Made by a program: the position numbers and the translations under genes. Below, piece after piece: positions 49,861 to 62,989 of a stretch of 64,000 nucleotides of DNA. Position 1 is the stretch's first letter. Every line of letters starts with the position of its first letter. This DNA comes from Epiperipatus broadwayi (taxonomy: Eukaryota > Animalia > Onychophora). The notes below the pieces were generated by a model that saw nothing but the letters and a program-made list of their open reading frames with translations, made no database searches and was not told the DNA's origin. The stretch is from positions 19,654,001 to 19,718,000 of the forward strand of contig JAQFVV010000004.1 in the NCBI GenBank assembly GCA_028023455.1. Direction: 5' to 3'.

Positions 49861-52800
49861 TAATTTTGTCTGTAATGATTATAAATATCTATTTAAAAAA
49901 ATTTCATTCACACACATATTTATTCTTCTTTAAAACCTCCACTTAGTATGTCAGTTAAGAGCTGTCAGGCAACTGAGAAGTTCATGGTTATTCTTGATCT
50001 TAATAAACTCAACCACACTGGTTGATATGTGTTGGTGAGCATCCCATACATGTTCATGTACTGTATAAAAAATCATATAGTAATAACAGCTGCAATGATA
50101 AGAATGTATGAAATGAACATTAGGCAATTTCCCTACTCTGTTTCTTTAAGAACTCAAAGAGGATTCAAAGGGTCTCTTTTCAATTAACAGCAAACTCCTT
50201 TCTGACACACACATATATGAATTATGAACTACACTACATTTTGTTCCCAAAATCATTTTTTCATTCAATATTTATTAGAATAGAATTTGTATTATAGATT
50301 AATGTGATAATATGTTGGACTATTTCCATCATCTGTCATTAAATGTTGAATGTCTAGAAAAATTTAAACTTCTTTTAAACATTTAAAATACACAAAACTA
50401 TTAGTAATAATACATAAGTGGACAACAAAAATTACTAAATTGCATAATATTTTAAGTAGTATTCTCTGCTCTTTTTTAGGTATTACAGGGCCTGAGCATA
50501 GGAGTTGAATCCATACCTTTAGATTCTTGATTGCAATGTGTCTAACTGACTGGGCCTTAGTTAGAAATAAAAAATAATTCACTGCATTCAAAATCATCTG
50601 AATGGATATTGCTTACATTTTAACAATGGAATATAAAAGCTGATAACATAAAATTGTATATAATGATTGTTTTCATTTGTAGATAGATATAGTTTTGTGA
50701 TGTTAATGAGTTATTTTAACACAAGATTTAAATTGGTTTATTTTGCATTGCATCACCATGGGTAGAAACTGGTGTTTGTTCATTTACAATGTTTTATAGT
50801 ATCAAATACTTGTTAAATGAAAGGATAACTTTAATATTTAGAGAATATCAAAATTAATAAAATGTGTTTTGTATTGGATAACTTTTCATAACACTTCTAC
50901 TTTATTTGGAATAATAAAATATCATCTAATTATAATTCAAGGAATAGACATTGGAACTGTGATATTACTTTGAAGGATCATATAATATTATTATTTTACC
51001 TATGTATATAATTGTATATTTATTGATATAACTGGTTACTATGCTTTAAGTTAAATAATCATTTGTTTTATAATATGAAATATAAAAGAGTTAAGTGATA
51101 TAAATTTGAATTTATATATCAAATTTTAATAATTATAAATTTGATTTAAAAATATTAATCTTCTTATTCATTGGTTATTGATTATTTTGGTAATATATAG
51201 CTTATAAATATTGAAAATCTAGAAGAACAATATCAAAACAATCATTCATTGGTATTTTATTTAGAACAAGATGATTAAATCAGACATATGTTTATTATGT
51301 TCTATTTCAATTAATTATTTCTTATAAAGATTAGAAATATCATTAACTTTTTTGTATTTTAAGAGTGTATATGTTCAACAACATGTTTGGTGTCACATAG
51401 GTATAAATATAGATTAAACATTTTATAGGTGAATTTTGATGTACAATAACTTATTTTATTAAATTAATTTCAATGGAGAATATATCTCATAATAATTTAT
51501 AAGATTATATATATTTCAAACACTTATTTTTTTTACTCTATGATATATATATAATATATATTTATTGTTAATAAACTTTAAATTCATTTAAAACAAATAA
51601 ACTTTCTTAATTGTCATTCAATTTTTTAATGCAAGTCTATTCTCTAGTGATATTCTGACAAGATAATATTCATGTATTGACTTACACTGCATAATTCATT
51701 ATTAATAATCATATAACAGTCTGGAAGTTAAATCATAGATTAGTAAATTTTCATACAATCACGTACTATTCTCTTAACATTAAATTTAATATTTTATTAT
51801 TTGGACCAGGTATATATTTTTATGTAGTAATACCTTAATTGATTTAGAATTATTACATATTTAATAGTTAATTAGAGGTTTATTATAATTATTTTATTAG
51901 TTATATGTAATAATTATGTCAGGATAGAAATTTATATCTGAACAGATTCAATACTTTGCAATGTACAAGTATAATAATTATTTAACATAGATATAGGCAA
52001 TTACAATTGGGTGCTTGCATATTCCTTTAGATTATTATTTATTGAATGAATATTATATCAAGTGATAATTAGTTATAAAGATGGTAGATAGTCGTTATAT
52101 TATATATAAAGCTGGTAAAATTTGAAATTTATTAAATAAAGTGATTTGTTTTAATTACATTTGAAAGTTCATTGGCATAGATCTTAAATTTAATTTAAAT
52201 ATTGATAATAAAATTTGATTATAATAGATTATTATTACTATTAGATATATTAAGGTAATTATGATTTAAAGTTTTGCAATTTCGCTTTATTGGTTTGAAA
52301 GATAATTAGCAGTGATTTATTAGTAGCATTTGTATAAGAGTCAAATAAGAATCTCTTATTGTCATGATTGGATATCGTAAATTTTAAGGTTATTTAAAGA
52401 TTTTATTTTATATTATCATAAGTTGGTAATGGTGATGATATGCACGAAATTAGTCGAACTTGTGTATTATATTTTATTATAGTTTAGTATTGAGATATTT
52501 CATTTTTATTACAATTTGAGATTATGAATTTACAAAGTTTTAAAAGAAAAGTTTTATATGTTTTATTAAGACTAGATTAATATATATATAAATTTGTACA
52601 TTAGCAAGATCTTTTATCATTCTTAAGTATTTTATTTCATTACAATTAATTTATTTAATAGGGGCATATGACTATTTTAAGAGATTACTTCGTTAATATT
52701 GTCTTTATTTTCATTTTTATTAGCATTATTTTTATTTTATTTAAGTACTATTAGTGATTAAATACTGGATTATATTTTACTTAATTACAATTAATGTTTT

Positions 52801-53314
52801 AAATTTGCAGGTTATATTAAAGTTTTCATTTCTTATTCTTATCATTTTCATTTTGTTACAAATACCTTGAATTTGTCTAGTATATTAAGATCATTATTTT
52901 TATTCTTTCATTAATTATTTTATTCAATTATAAAAAACTTTTAACATTTAGGATAGGTTTACATTGTTATTAATAGTGTTTTAATTCATGAAGAACATTA
53001 AAGTTTATATTTCTCATATTTTTCATTATATTTATTCTATTACAAGTGGTTATATTATATTCATTTTCACTCTGTGGCAAATAATGCTCAAATTCTTAGG
53101 ATAATTTGAAATATTGTTTTTACTTACTTCCAATCCATTAAAATGCTATTTAAATCCGTGGGATTACGTGGCTTGATAAAAAATTTAATTAAGTGTTAGC
53201 TTGTCATTCATTGGTTGATGGTTTTCTTGGTTCAGTTCATCATTTTCATTCCTTTATGATATATATATATCCTCTTATCATTACAGGATTCAAGAATCCA
53301 TTATCTAAAGTATA

Positions 53315-53720
53315 AACTAGTATTATTTTCATATACTAATTTTATAATCTGTTCTGAAATGCATCTAAGTATTATAATTTTATACTACTTTCAAAATCTT
53401 TCTCTAAATAGAATGTAGGCTAGTATTACACTTCCATACTAATTTTGCTGTTATTCTCTTCACAAGATATAAATGAGTATTATAATTTCATACTAATTTT
53501 ACAGCTTTTCTTAAAAGACATATAAGCTATTATTATAATTCCAAATTTCCTATAAAATCTTTCTGTAAACAACAGATAGGCTAGTAATATAATTCTAAAA
53601 TAATTTTACAGTTTTTCTTTAATATATAAAGGCTAATATTATAATTCCGTACTAATTTACAGTCTTTATTTATACTACATACAGGCTAGTATTATAAATT
53701 TATACTATCTTTACAATACA
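53315..53720 (+). repeat. Degenerate minisatellite, about 8 units of about 50 bp
   Basis: Recurrent (GG)CTAGTATTATAATT(T/C)CATACTAATTT motif. Confidence 0.8.
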
Positions 53721-56115
53721 TTCATTTATAGTCTATTTGGATCTTGAGGCTTAAAAAAAAAGATCAAAGCAACCTATTTAGTACCTAGTTAGTTTTTTGA
53801 CTTATGAGGACCAAATCTCCAGGAACAAATGTCTCTCAATAATTTTTTCTGGTACTTCAAACCACAACTCCAATGATACAAAAAAAGATGACTTTTTCTC
53901 AGCGATGGTTTATATATCTGTTCTTGTTCTTTCTGTTATATTCTATCTTTTCCACAGATGCTGACCTCTCAAATTAATAAGCTAGATAAAATCTGCATTA
54001 TTTAGGTACTTTTGTTAGATAAAATATTTATTATTTTTGCATTGCATTTAATTAGATAGTCCTCAAAACTATTAACTTTGCCCTTAATTATGTCTAATTA
54101 ATTGTTGCTATTTTTTATTTAATTCTAGACTATTTTAATTTATTTTCAATTTTAGTCTATTTTAATTTTACTTTTGTATTATATTTGTTACCAATATCCA
54201 ATTTAAATCATTAACATAATTTTTTACTAATGTTTCAGCCCTTACATGTGATCATTGTCAATCATGTTCAAATTAAATATATGGGAAATAAAAGTTTTAA
54301 ATGATAATTTCATTCCTATTTACATTTACTATTCTCACTATACATATCTATCTTTCATTACATATTCTTACTAAATTTATAAAAATAAATATTTTTAATT
54401 ACTCTGTTAATTATTTGATAAATATTTTTATTGATTTTAAAATTTACATATTATTATTATTATTTTGATTTACTTTATTTTTCTTAAGTTCCCCCACCAC
54501 CACCACTTGTCAATTTATTAATCAAACTTCCTGGATAATCATTATTCATTGCCTAAACATCATTGACTCAAATCATTAGAGATAGGTTATTCAGGTGCAA
54601 AAGAAGATAAATTATATTAACTAACTGACGAATGAATATACTGACTTTGTCACTATTAACATGCAGTTAGGCAAACATATTTCAAATTTGTTCAAGACCC
54701 TAACATCTACAATAAAATGAAAGCATATAACTGGCTATTACATAGAGGTGAAAAGAAAAAAAGAAAAGAGCATCAATTGTCAATCTATATATTTGAATCA
54801 ATAACCAAGTGTTAATTAAAAAACATAAAAGTAAGCTACCTTGAACAATTTTCTTTCAAAAAAATTAAAAAATCAGCACAAATAAACTGTTGGTTAGTAA
54901 GAAAACAATGTCCTTTAGGTAAAGAGGATCAAAAAGCACTTACAATGTTAAATTCTTGATGTCCTTTGTAAATAATTTTTTTAAAAAAGAAATTATTAAA
55001 TCTAATAAATAGATATCTGCACATCAGTTGAGGAATTTCTATTTTTAGCTTTTTCATTTTAACTGCATCAGTGGTAGAAGGCTCAGTGGCCAATCTTGAT
55101 CAAGTTGATCTTATCTTGGGTTTTGATATAAATTATGACTTTGATTAAGCTGTATTGCTAGCTCATTATTCTGATATATGGCAGGATGTCAGGGGGAATG
55201 TATAGTGGATACATGTAATTGATTTTGAAGATGGTGCTGCTAACTTTTTTTGAAAGTATAGGATAGAAAAGAAAATTTTAAAACAAATTGAAGGGCAGTA
55301 CTTAAGGCAGCAGAGATTCCAAGACTAACTATATCAAGGGTTAACACCATATTGTTTTTTTATATATATGCAGAGCAAAAATTACCTAGCAACATAACCC
55401 ATCCTCCCAAGAATAAAATAAAATACCAGCTTATAAGGAAAAAAAGAAAAAACTGGTGGGCATGATAAATATTTCTAATGGAAAATGGAAATTTATAAAC
55501 ATTTTTTTTTTTTTTAAAAAAAAGAATCATCTGACAATATTAACTTATCTATAGACTCATTTAAAATCACAACGAGCTTAGCAAAAACGTTTTTATAAAA
55601 AGTTTTTAAAAAAACCTAAATAAATAATAGCGAATATAAAATTAAATAACAATTACCTACTGATGACGATTTGAGCATAGTTAAAAAACTATTTGAGTCA
55701 CTTATATTAATTTCAAAATGAATTAATAGATATGTATATTGTTTTATATACAAGATATAATATTTAATATACTCAATTGTTATTTCATTCCTAGAAGATC
55801 CCACATTGGTATACTTTTAATTTTGTAAGCTGTCGATTTGATAGATTTAAAAATTGGATATCTTTATATAGAAATATAAAAATATAAAATTATATTTACA
55901 AAAAATAAATGGAAAAATATGAAACTAAAATATAGATAAATACAAAAAAAAAAATTGGCAGATATTTGTAAAAAAAATTCAGAAAAAATATTTTGAAAAG
56001 TTTTTTTTATATATAGTTTAATAATAAAAAAATAAGAAAGTACATGCTAGTTAATATATATTATATACTTAATTAAAGTTGTAATTATAAATTTTATTAA
56101 ACGCCCATTATTATA

Positions 56116-56287
56116 TTAAGTAATAATTTACGAAGGCTGTAACCTTAGAAATAAGCGTCTGAAAAATACGAAGGTAGGGACCTCTATAGGTCTTAAAGCT
56201 TGTGTTTTAAGACCTACAGAGGTCCCTACCTTCATATTTTTCAGACGCTTATTTCTAAGGTTACAGCCTTAGTAAATTAATACTTAA
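56116..56287. repeat. Near-perfect hairpin, 82 bp arms, 8 nt loop (MITE-like)
   Basis: 56116-56197 vs 56206-56287 with about 4 mismatches. TA|CGAAGGCTG...CAGCCTTAG|TA lies inside. The 15 bp direct repeat TACTTAATTAAAGTT occurs at 56066-56080 and 56281-56295. Confidence 0.95.
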
Positions 56288-56341
56288 TTAAAGTTTTATT
56301 AATTATAAAAACTATACATAATGTATTATTTATTTATACAA

Positions 56342-56945
56342 TGCTATGTTTTAATCTGTAACAATCATTAGGGAACATTTCAATACACATGCACTGTATA
56401 GATTTAAACACTTAAGGAATACTCTGCTTTCCAAACACAAGATAACATCTTTTGAAAAGATAGAATGAATCCGCTTACCTTTTTAACCTAAATGTATATG
56501 TAGAGGCAAATCTTAAGTATTTGGAAATGAGAACATTAAGATATTAATTAATGACTTTTAATTCCATTTGCAATGTTTTAATTATTGACGTAGTGGAATA
56601 ATCTCTAATGATTGTTACAGATTAAAACATAGCACTATATAAATAAATAATTATATATATGTTTAATATTACATCTAATACTGACGTACCATAAATTGTA
56701 TAAATTTTACTGACATCAATAATTAAAACATAGCAAATGGAATTAAAAGTAATTAATTAATGTCTTCAGTCTCTCATTTTCAAATGCTTAAGATTTGCCC
56801 ACACATATATGTTTAGGTTAAAAAGGTAGAGTGGATTCATTTCTATCTTTTCAAATGACTATCTTGTGTTTGGAAAAAATAATATTTCTTTAAAAATGTT
56901 TATTAGCTTACAGTGCATGGATAGTGGAATGATTCCTTATGATTG
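56342..56945. repeat. Nested inverted repeat: 293 bp unit with perfect 30 bp TIRs plus an inverted copy of its interior
   Basis: 56342-56371 = reverse complement of 56605-56634; 56362-56588 is about 80% identical to the reverse complement of 56716-56945. Confidence 0.88.
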
Positions 56946-56979
56946 ATAATTATAAAACCTTTTAATTATCTAATTATAT

Positions 56980-57645
56980 ATATATGCAAATTGATAAATA
57001 AATATTTAAAAATACAGTATTTAAAAGCTTATAAAAAATATATGTATAACCGTCATTTAGGAGCGCTTTCAACCAACTTGTGGCTTTGTCAACTATCACG
57101 TTTAAAATGTCAGCTATCCCATAATTCTATGATGTCAACTTTCCCATAATTCTGTGATTTTAATGTTTGCTGCTTGCCTATTAACCAAATATTGCTTGTA
57201 TTTACATATCAACATCGCCTCTTTAATTTTCCTTTTATTATTATTTCTTTTAATTTCCAATATTTTTACGTTGTTATATATTTTTTATAAACTTTTAAAT
57301 ACTGTATTACCATAATAAATCATATATATATGGTTTCGATTTTAATTATAACAATGTAAAAATATTGGAAATTGAAAGAAATAATAATAAAAGGAAAATT
57401 AAAGAGGCGATGTTGATATGTAAATACAAGGAACATTTGGTTAATAGGCAAGCAGCAAACATTAAAATCACAGAATTATGGGAAAGTTGACATCATAGAA
57501 TTATGGGAAAGCTGACATTTTAAACGTGATAGTAGACAAAGCCACAAGTTGGTTGAAAGCGCTCCTAAGTGACGGTTATACATATATTTTTTATAAGCTT
57601 TTAAATACTGTATTTTTAAATATTTATTTATCAGTTTGCATATAT
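56980..57645. repeat. Young long inverted repeat, 299 bp arms (about 97% identical), 68 bp spacer
   Basis: 56980-57278 vs 57347-57645, about 8 mismatches by eye; explains the twin ORFs 56943(+) and 57476(-). Confidence 0.97.
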
Positions 57646-57739
57646 TATTTTGAAGAAATACAGACATCGATTTATAATATTATATATATATTATAACTAA
57701 AAAGTCTACCCAGATTTAAGCAGGCAGAATTAATGGTAT

Positions 57740-59300
57740 AACACAAAACTGTTACTGTAAAGTCTGGTTGCAGCCAGGGTGCATCGTGAAAACCCATCGC
57801 AGCAGTATATGAAGATACATTACATTACCCAACAGAAATTATATGACTATTGAACTAATTATCATTCTCACTAATGACTGTACTCCTAAAACTACACTTC
57901 AAAACCTTAATTTACGATTTTTATTTATGTGAGACCTTATGGTTGACCATGAACAAGATGGTATGATCTATAAAACTATTAAATATTACTCTTACAGGAT
58001 TAAATGTATGATCCATTACATCAATACCAATTATCATATGGTGAATATAGGCCATTCAACAAGACAGTAAAAGTTATAGTCAGCCTCATAATATAATTGG
58101 CTATAGTTCAGATATACTCAGGATTTTAGTACAGAAATGCCATGTAGGGTATTTGCTTTGCAATAAAGTGTAGGCATATAAACTTTAGGTTCTTTCATCA
58201 TTAATTTAAATGTCAAATTAAATCAATAGCAATGAGATTCTTATTGTAATATATAAATCATAAATTATAATATTAGAAAATGGGTTCAATCATCATATTG
58301 GCTAGCAAGCTTATTTATTAATTTAGATCCTAATATCATGAATACCAATAGAAGTAACAAATTCTGGTTTCTAATCCAGAATTAACAAAGCAAAGTGGAG
58401 GCGATGTAGAAGATAAATGGGATTTTATTACACCCCGTACATCACTAATTACCCAAGAACAAAAGCATTAAGATATTCTCTTATACTTTAAGTAAACCTT
58501 GTAGGCATTTTTTAGTGACAATATGTGCTCTAATATGTGATCTATTTAATATGGCAGATTTTCTGGTTCTATGTATGACAAATAGCAATGACATAGGTTA
58601 AATTATAAAATTAACATTTATTTACAACTCCACCAATATTAGATAAATAATTGATTAATACAATATTTACAAAATTAAACAAACAATTAATAAAATAAAA
58701 GGCTATCACATATACTTGTTTCTGTACCTGGATAATGTATGAATTAGATTAATACTTGAATAAAATAAAAAAAAACATCACATGTTCTTGTTTCTATATA
58801 TGGATAGGGTACAATAATTCCAAACAAGCAATACAAGACTTTCCCACAAATGGATTTGATTTCAGCCCCTTATAGGAGAGAGGATGGGCTCAAATACCTA
58901 GTCAATAACTTCTCCAATATGTCAATATCAGTAGCAATATACCTACATCTCAGATTTATAATAATAATATCAACCATTGGTATTGATAAACCTGCAAAAG
59001 TTGGCCATAATGAGATAATGAATCAAAGAGGGAATTCGAACTTCAACTAAACTGGTAATTTTATATAACTGACATAATAAATTATGAAAATAATTCATTC
59101 AAATGCCCCCTTTATAGCTGGTAGAACATGTGAGATCAATTTAAAGATGAAGGAAACAATGTAAACACCATAATTTATGGAGGCTCTGCTCAAACATACA
59201 TTTATACAACAAAATGCAATGATATCCCTACGAATATATTCATCTACGCAAAGAAATAACAAAGCATTAAGTGCTCTGTGGGTTTTTTAACCATAATCAG
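57740..59300 (-). mobile_element. Possible highly decayed CR1/L2-type LINE ORF2
   Basis: Minus strand FNSFIDHTILF (similar to AFDTIDHxIL) and LNYSQL (similar to NYRPISL) in the expected order; otherwise very degenerate. Confidence 0.3.
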
Positions 59301-59324
59301 AGTGAAAAGCATAATTACAGACTG

Positions 59325-59495
59325 TTTTGTGGATTAACCACCAGCACAGAAATGAATATAAAATATATAATAAAACGACAAATGATTACTCTGTAGATTA
59401 GACCACCAGCACAGAATAATATAAAGAATATAAAAAATGGCAATGATAATTCTGTAGATTAAACAGCACCAGCACAGAATAATACCATATAACAT
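59325..59495 (+). repeat. Tandem repeat, about 62 bp x3
   Basis: GATTA..CACCAGCACAGAA(A)T..TATA...TCTGTA repeated. Confidence 0.88.
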
Positions 59496-62400
59496 TATAA
59501 AATAGTGTTAACATTTATTTTCCAAATAAAAGAGACATAAAATTATCCTCATCAATAAATCATCTAAATTAGGGGACATGTGCAGTCTTACTAGAGTGAA
59601 CTAGGACATAAAATGAAATAAATACTTCAGTATAATAAACAACTAAGATAATAACAAACTCTGCTTAAAGCATAGGTGAAATAATAATACATAGTAAATA
59701 TAATATGAGTATAGGCACCAAACTCTGGAAAGACATCAGGATTAAGCCATATGGTGTTGATGCATGTTATAGATTTATTAAATAGTCATTGAACCTTTAT
59801 GTAAGCACTGTTCCTTAATAATTGACACTGTTCAATCCCTATATCATATATTCACTCCCATTAACTTAGATTAATAAATAATTATTTTACGCACAATAGA
59901 ATATATACAAGAACTTCATACATGTACAGAATAATATATAATATGAACCAAAACAAAATACATACTAGTTTAAATGAACTATTAAATTTAAATACATAAT
60001 ATTTCAAATATATTAAATATTCCCAATAAAATGAATAAAATTTTCTTACTACCTAATGTACAACATATAAATTAAATAGTTTTTCAATTACAACATATAG
60101 AATCTTATGAGTTTGATTGTATTTCTCTTCGTTTCCACCCATAATGAGTATTTCATAATTAATTGATTCACGTGTAGACAGAGTACTTGGATATTTTTAA
60201 AAGATAAGACATGTATAATTTAAATTAGAGTATTCCTCAAAATTTACAACTCCATTACTTATATTTTAGATGTTACTTCAAAGTTAAAATATTTCATTAC
60301 TTTTAATTTATTTAGTCAGTGTCGAAGACCAAGAATGATTGTCCAAGCAAACAATTATGACAGTTATAAAATAATTTTCTGGTTAGCTGTTATCTTCTTT
60401 CAGCAACTATATTATAATTTTAATAATAAGATAACTCACATAGTGGGAATGTTAATATCAGTTCAAAGTGGGTTTTAGCTAATTCCTTATCATTCAGACA
60501 CCGGCACACAAAAACTGTTAATATAGCAGTTCACTCTGCACATATATAGCCCAACTGTATGTATTAAAGTCATGAAAGTATTATATTCTATCCAAGGTTG
60601 ATAGTTTGTAAACAATAAAGAATGTTTTTTTAGGTAGACTGAACTTTAAAATTGTTATTTCCATTTTCACAGTTGATAATTCCATTACATTTCAATTATA
60701 GACATTTTGAAAGACAGTCAGCATTAAATTTTTTTCTAGAAAACTCAAACAGATTTATTTAAATTTAGCTACACATTTTGTTATTAACTGAAAATAATAT
60801 CACAATTTGAATTATATAAGAAAAGCTTTAATTTAACTCCTTTCTTTGTCCTTAAATCTTTTCCCTTCCTTTTTAAAGGAGTAGTTTTCGTGTTCGTTAT
60901 ATATTAAAAGCAAAAAAAAATTTGCTCTTTACACTTTCTGTTTCTATAGCAGTTTTTAAAAGAAAAAAAATCTTAATGTTTTCTCTCTCTCTTTAACCAA
61001 TTAGATTTCACTTCATTTACATACTTCTGTTAAAATGAAAGACAAGAGAAAGAGAAAAAGTGCATTTATTATATTTTATCAACTAATTCAAGTTAAATTA
61101 ATTAAATAATTTTAACCAAACTAAATCTTTAGGATTATTTAAAGAGAAAAAAAATTAATGATTATTTGTTTTTACTTATCTTATGGAACTTGACGTAATG
61201 CACTGCTGGTTTTTGCAGGTTAAGCACAGATTGTCTAACTCAGTGATTGGAGCAAGAGCAAAACTAATATATGAAAAAAATATAAGCAAAGCAAAAATGA
61301 AACTACACAATCTCATCATTAAATCAATTGGAATACAAGTACATCATGTATATGCAAAGTGCTAGCTATGATAATTAAGTCATCTAGAAGAAGGTAGAGA
61401 AATTTTAAATCAATTCCACCAATATAAGGCTACAATATATATATATATATTATGTAATCTGTTTCTAAGTGAGCTAATATCTTTTTATAAGTAAGAGTGA
61501 GGAGTTCAAGAATTATCTAAGTATGTTTTTGCTGAATACCATGAAGGCTAAATAAGAAGTAGAGACTGGTAATTTATTCATTTGTAGACTCATTGTCAAA
61601 TCATCTTAGGCATTCATTCTTTTATATTGCTATAAAGTGCATGAAATTGACTACGTAGTACAATGCAAAAACAGAATTGAAGAAAAGATATGAGGATAAA
61701 TATGACAAGTCACTATATCCTATTAATAAGACTCTATATAAAGATATCATATTTCTAAAAAGACTTCATAATGATGATTTTATTCTAGACATGTTGGAAA
61801 ACTTCTTTATGAAGATGAATGTACATAGACTTGTACTGTCCAAGCTTTCAAAATATAATTTTGTAACAGTAAAATGATGCCATGTTATGCTTCACAGTTA
61901 GTAACTTAAGATGATGTAGAAGGTAAATTTTTTGTCCATATTGATATCCTGCTTTGTTCAAACATTTCTCTGGCATGCTGAAGCAAAGCAATATACCATT
62001 TTAACAATTCAATGATGTAAAGTTGGAAATTAATTTCAAGTGTGACTCAAAGCAATTAAAAAATGGGAGAAAGAAATATTAAAAAACTTCTATACTGAAG
62101 TCAATTTTATAGTTTAAAAAAAACCACTTAGAAAATAAAATAATTATTAAATTGAGGGCAAGACTTTTGATGTTTATACAGATAGATATAATTAAGAAAC
62201 TAATTTTTTTAAAGAATTCTTTTTCATTATTATATTTATAAATATTTTTTAATGCATTTTATTCTTTTATATATTGATTTTATTTATTGAAATTTTACTT
62301 TTTTTTTCATTATACACTGTATAATGAGAAAAGTCTGTACTGTATGTTTTTAGCCATTTTATTTTTGGCTGATATAGCTTTAATGAAGTCACCATCTTAT

Positions 62401-62989
62401 GACATCACCAACCTTATAAAATGGCCATTATTGTTAGAAAATAGTGGTTTGTTTTAAAAAACAGGTTTCAAAATTTTATTTTTAAAAATGGCAATAGCAA
62501 ATAATCGATTGTAAATTAAAATAATGGGTACAAATTGGTGATTGTTATGGAAAATTCTCACATAAAGTTCCATTGCTAACCTGGGTAAAGGTGTATTAGA
62601 AATCTTAAATATAAAAACATAATGCAAAATATTTAATCTATGTTTATAACAGAAATAAAATGCATGTTCTATTGTCAAATGTTTTAACATTTTCTAAATC
62701 ATTACAATTATGGCAAAAAAAAAAACAGGTCAAAATTTTTTTTCTAAATTAACTAATAATAATTTTTTTAATATAGAATAAAGACTAGGCATAATTTAAT
62801 TATGCAACTGAATACCACTAAAAATTTTAATATATAAAAATAATAACAGATAAAAAAAAGTTTTCCAAAGGCAATTAGAACTAAAAAAAACACAACAAAT
62901 ATATTATTTCTAAATGAATTATGTAAATAATTTGTAGCTTCAACTAATAAATTTGAAGCAAATTCTACAATTTATAACAGGCATTAATT

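Noticed and set aside
56943-57667. Twin near-identical ORFs on opposite strands as a gene pair
   Set aside because: A direct consequence of the 299 bp inverted repeat; no coding evidence.
53315-59495. Tandem arrays at 53315 and 59325 as CRISPR-like arrays
   Set aside because: Whole units are degenerate copies with no constant repeat plus unique spacer pattern; eukaryotic context with no cas genes.
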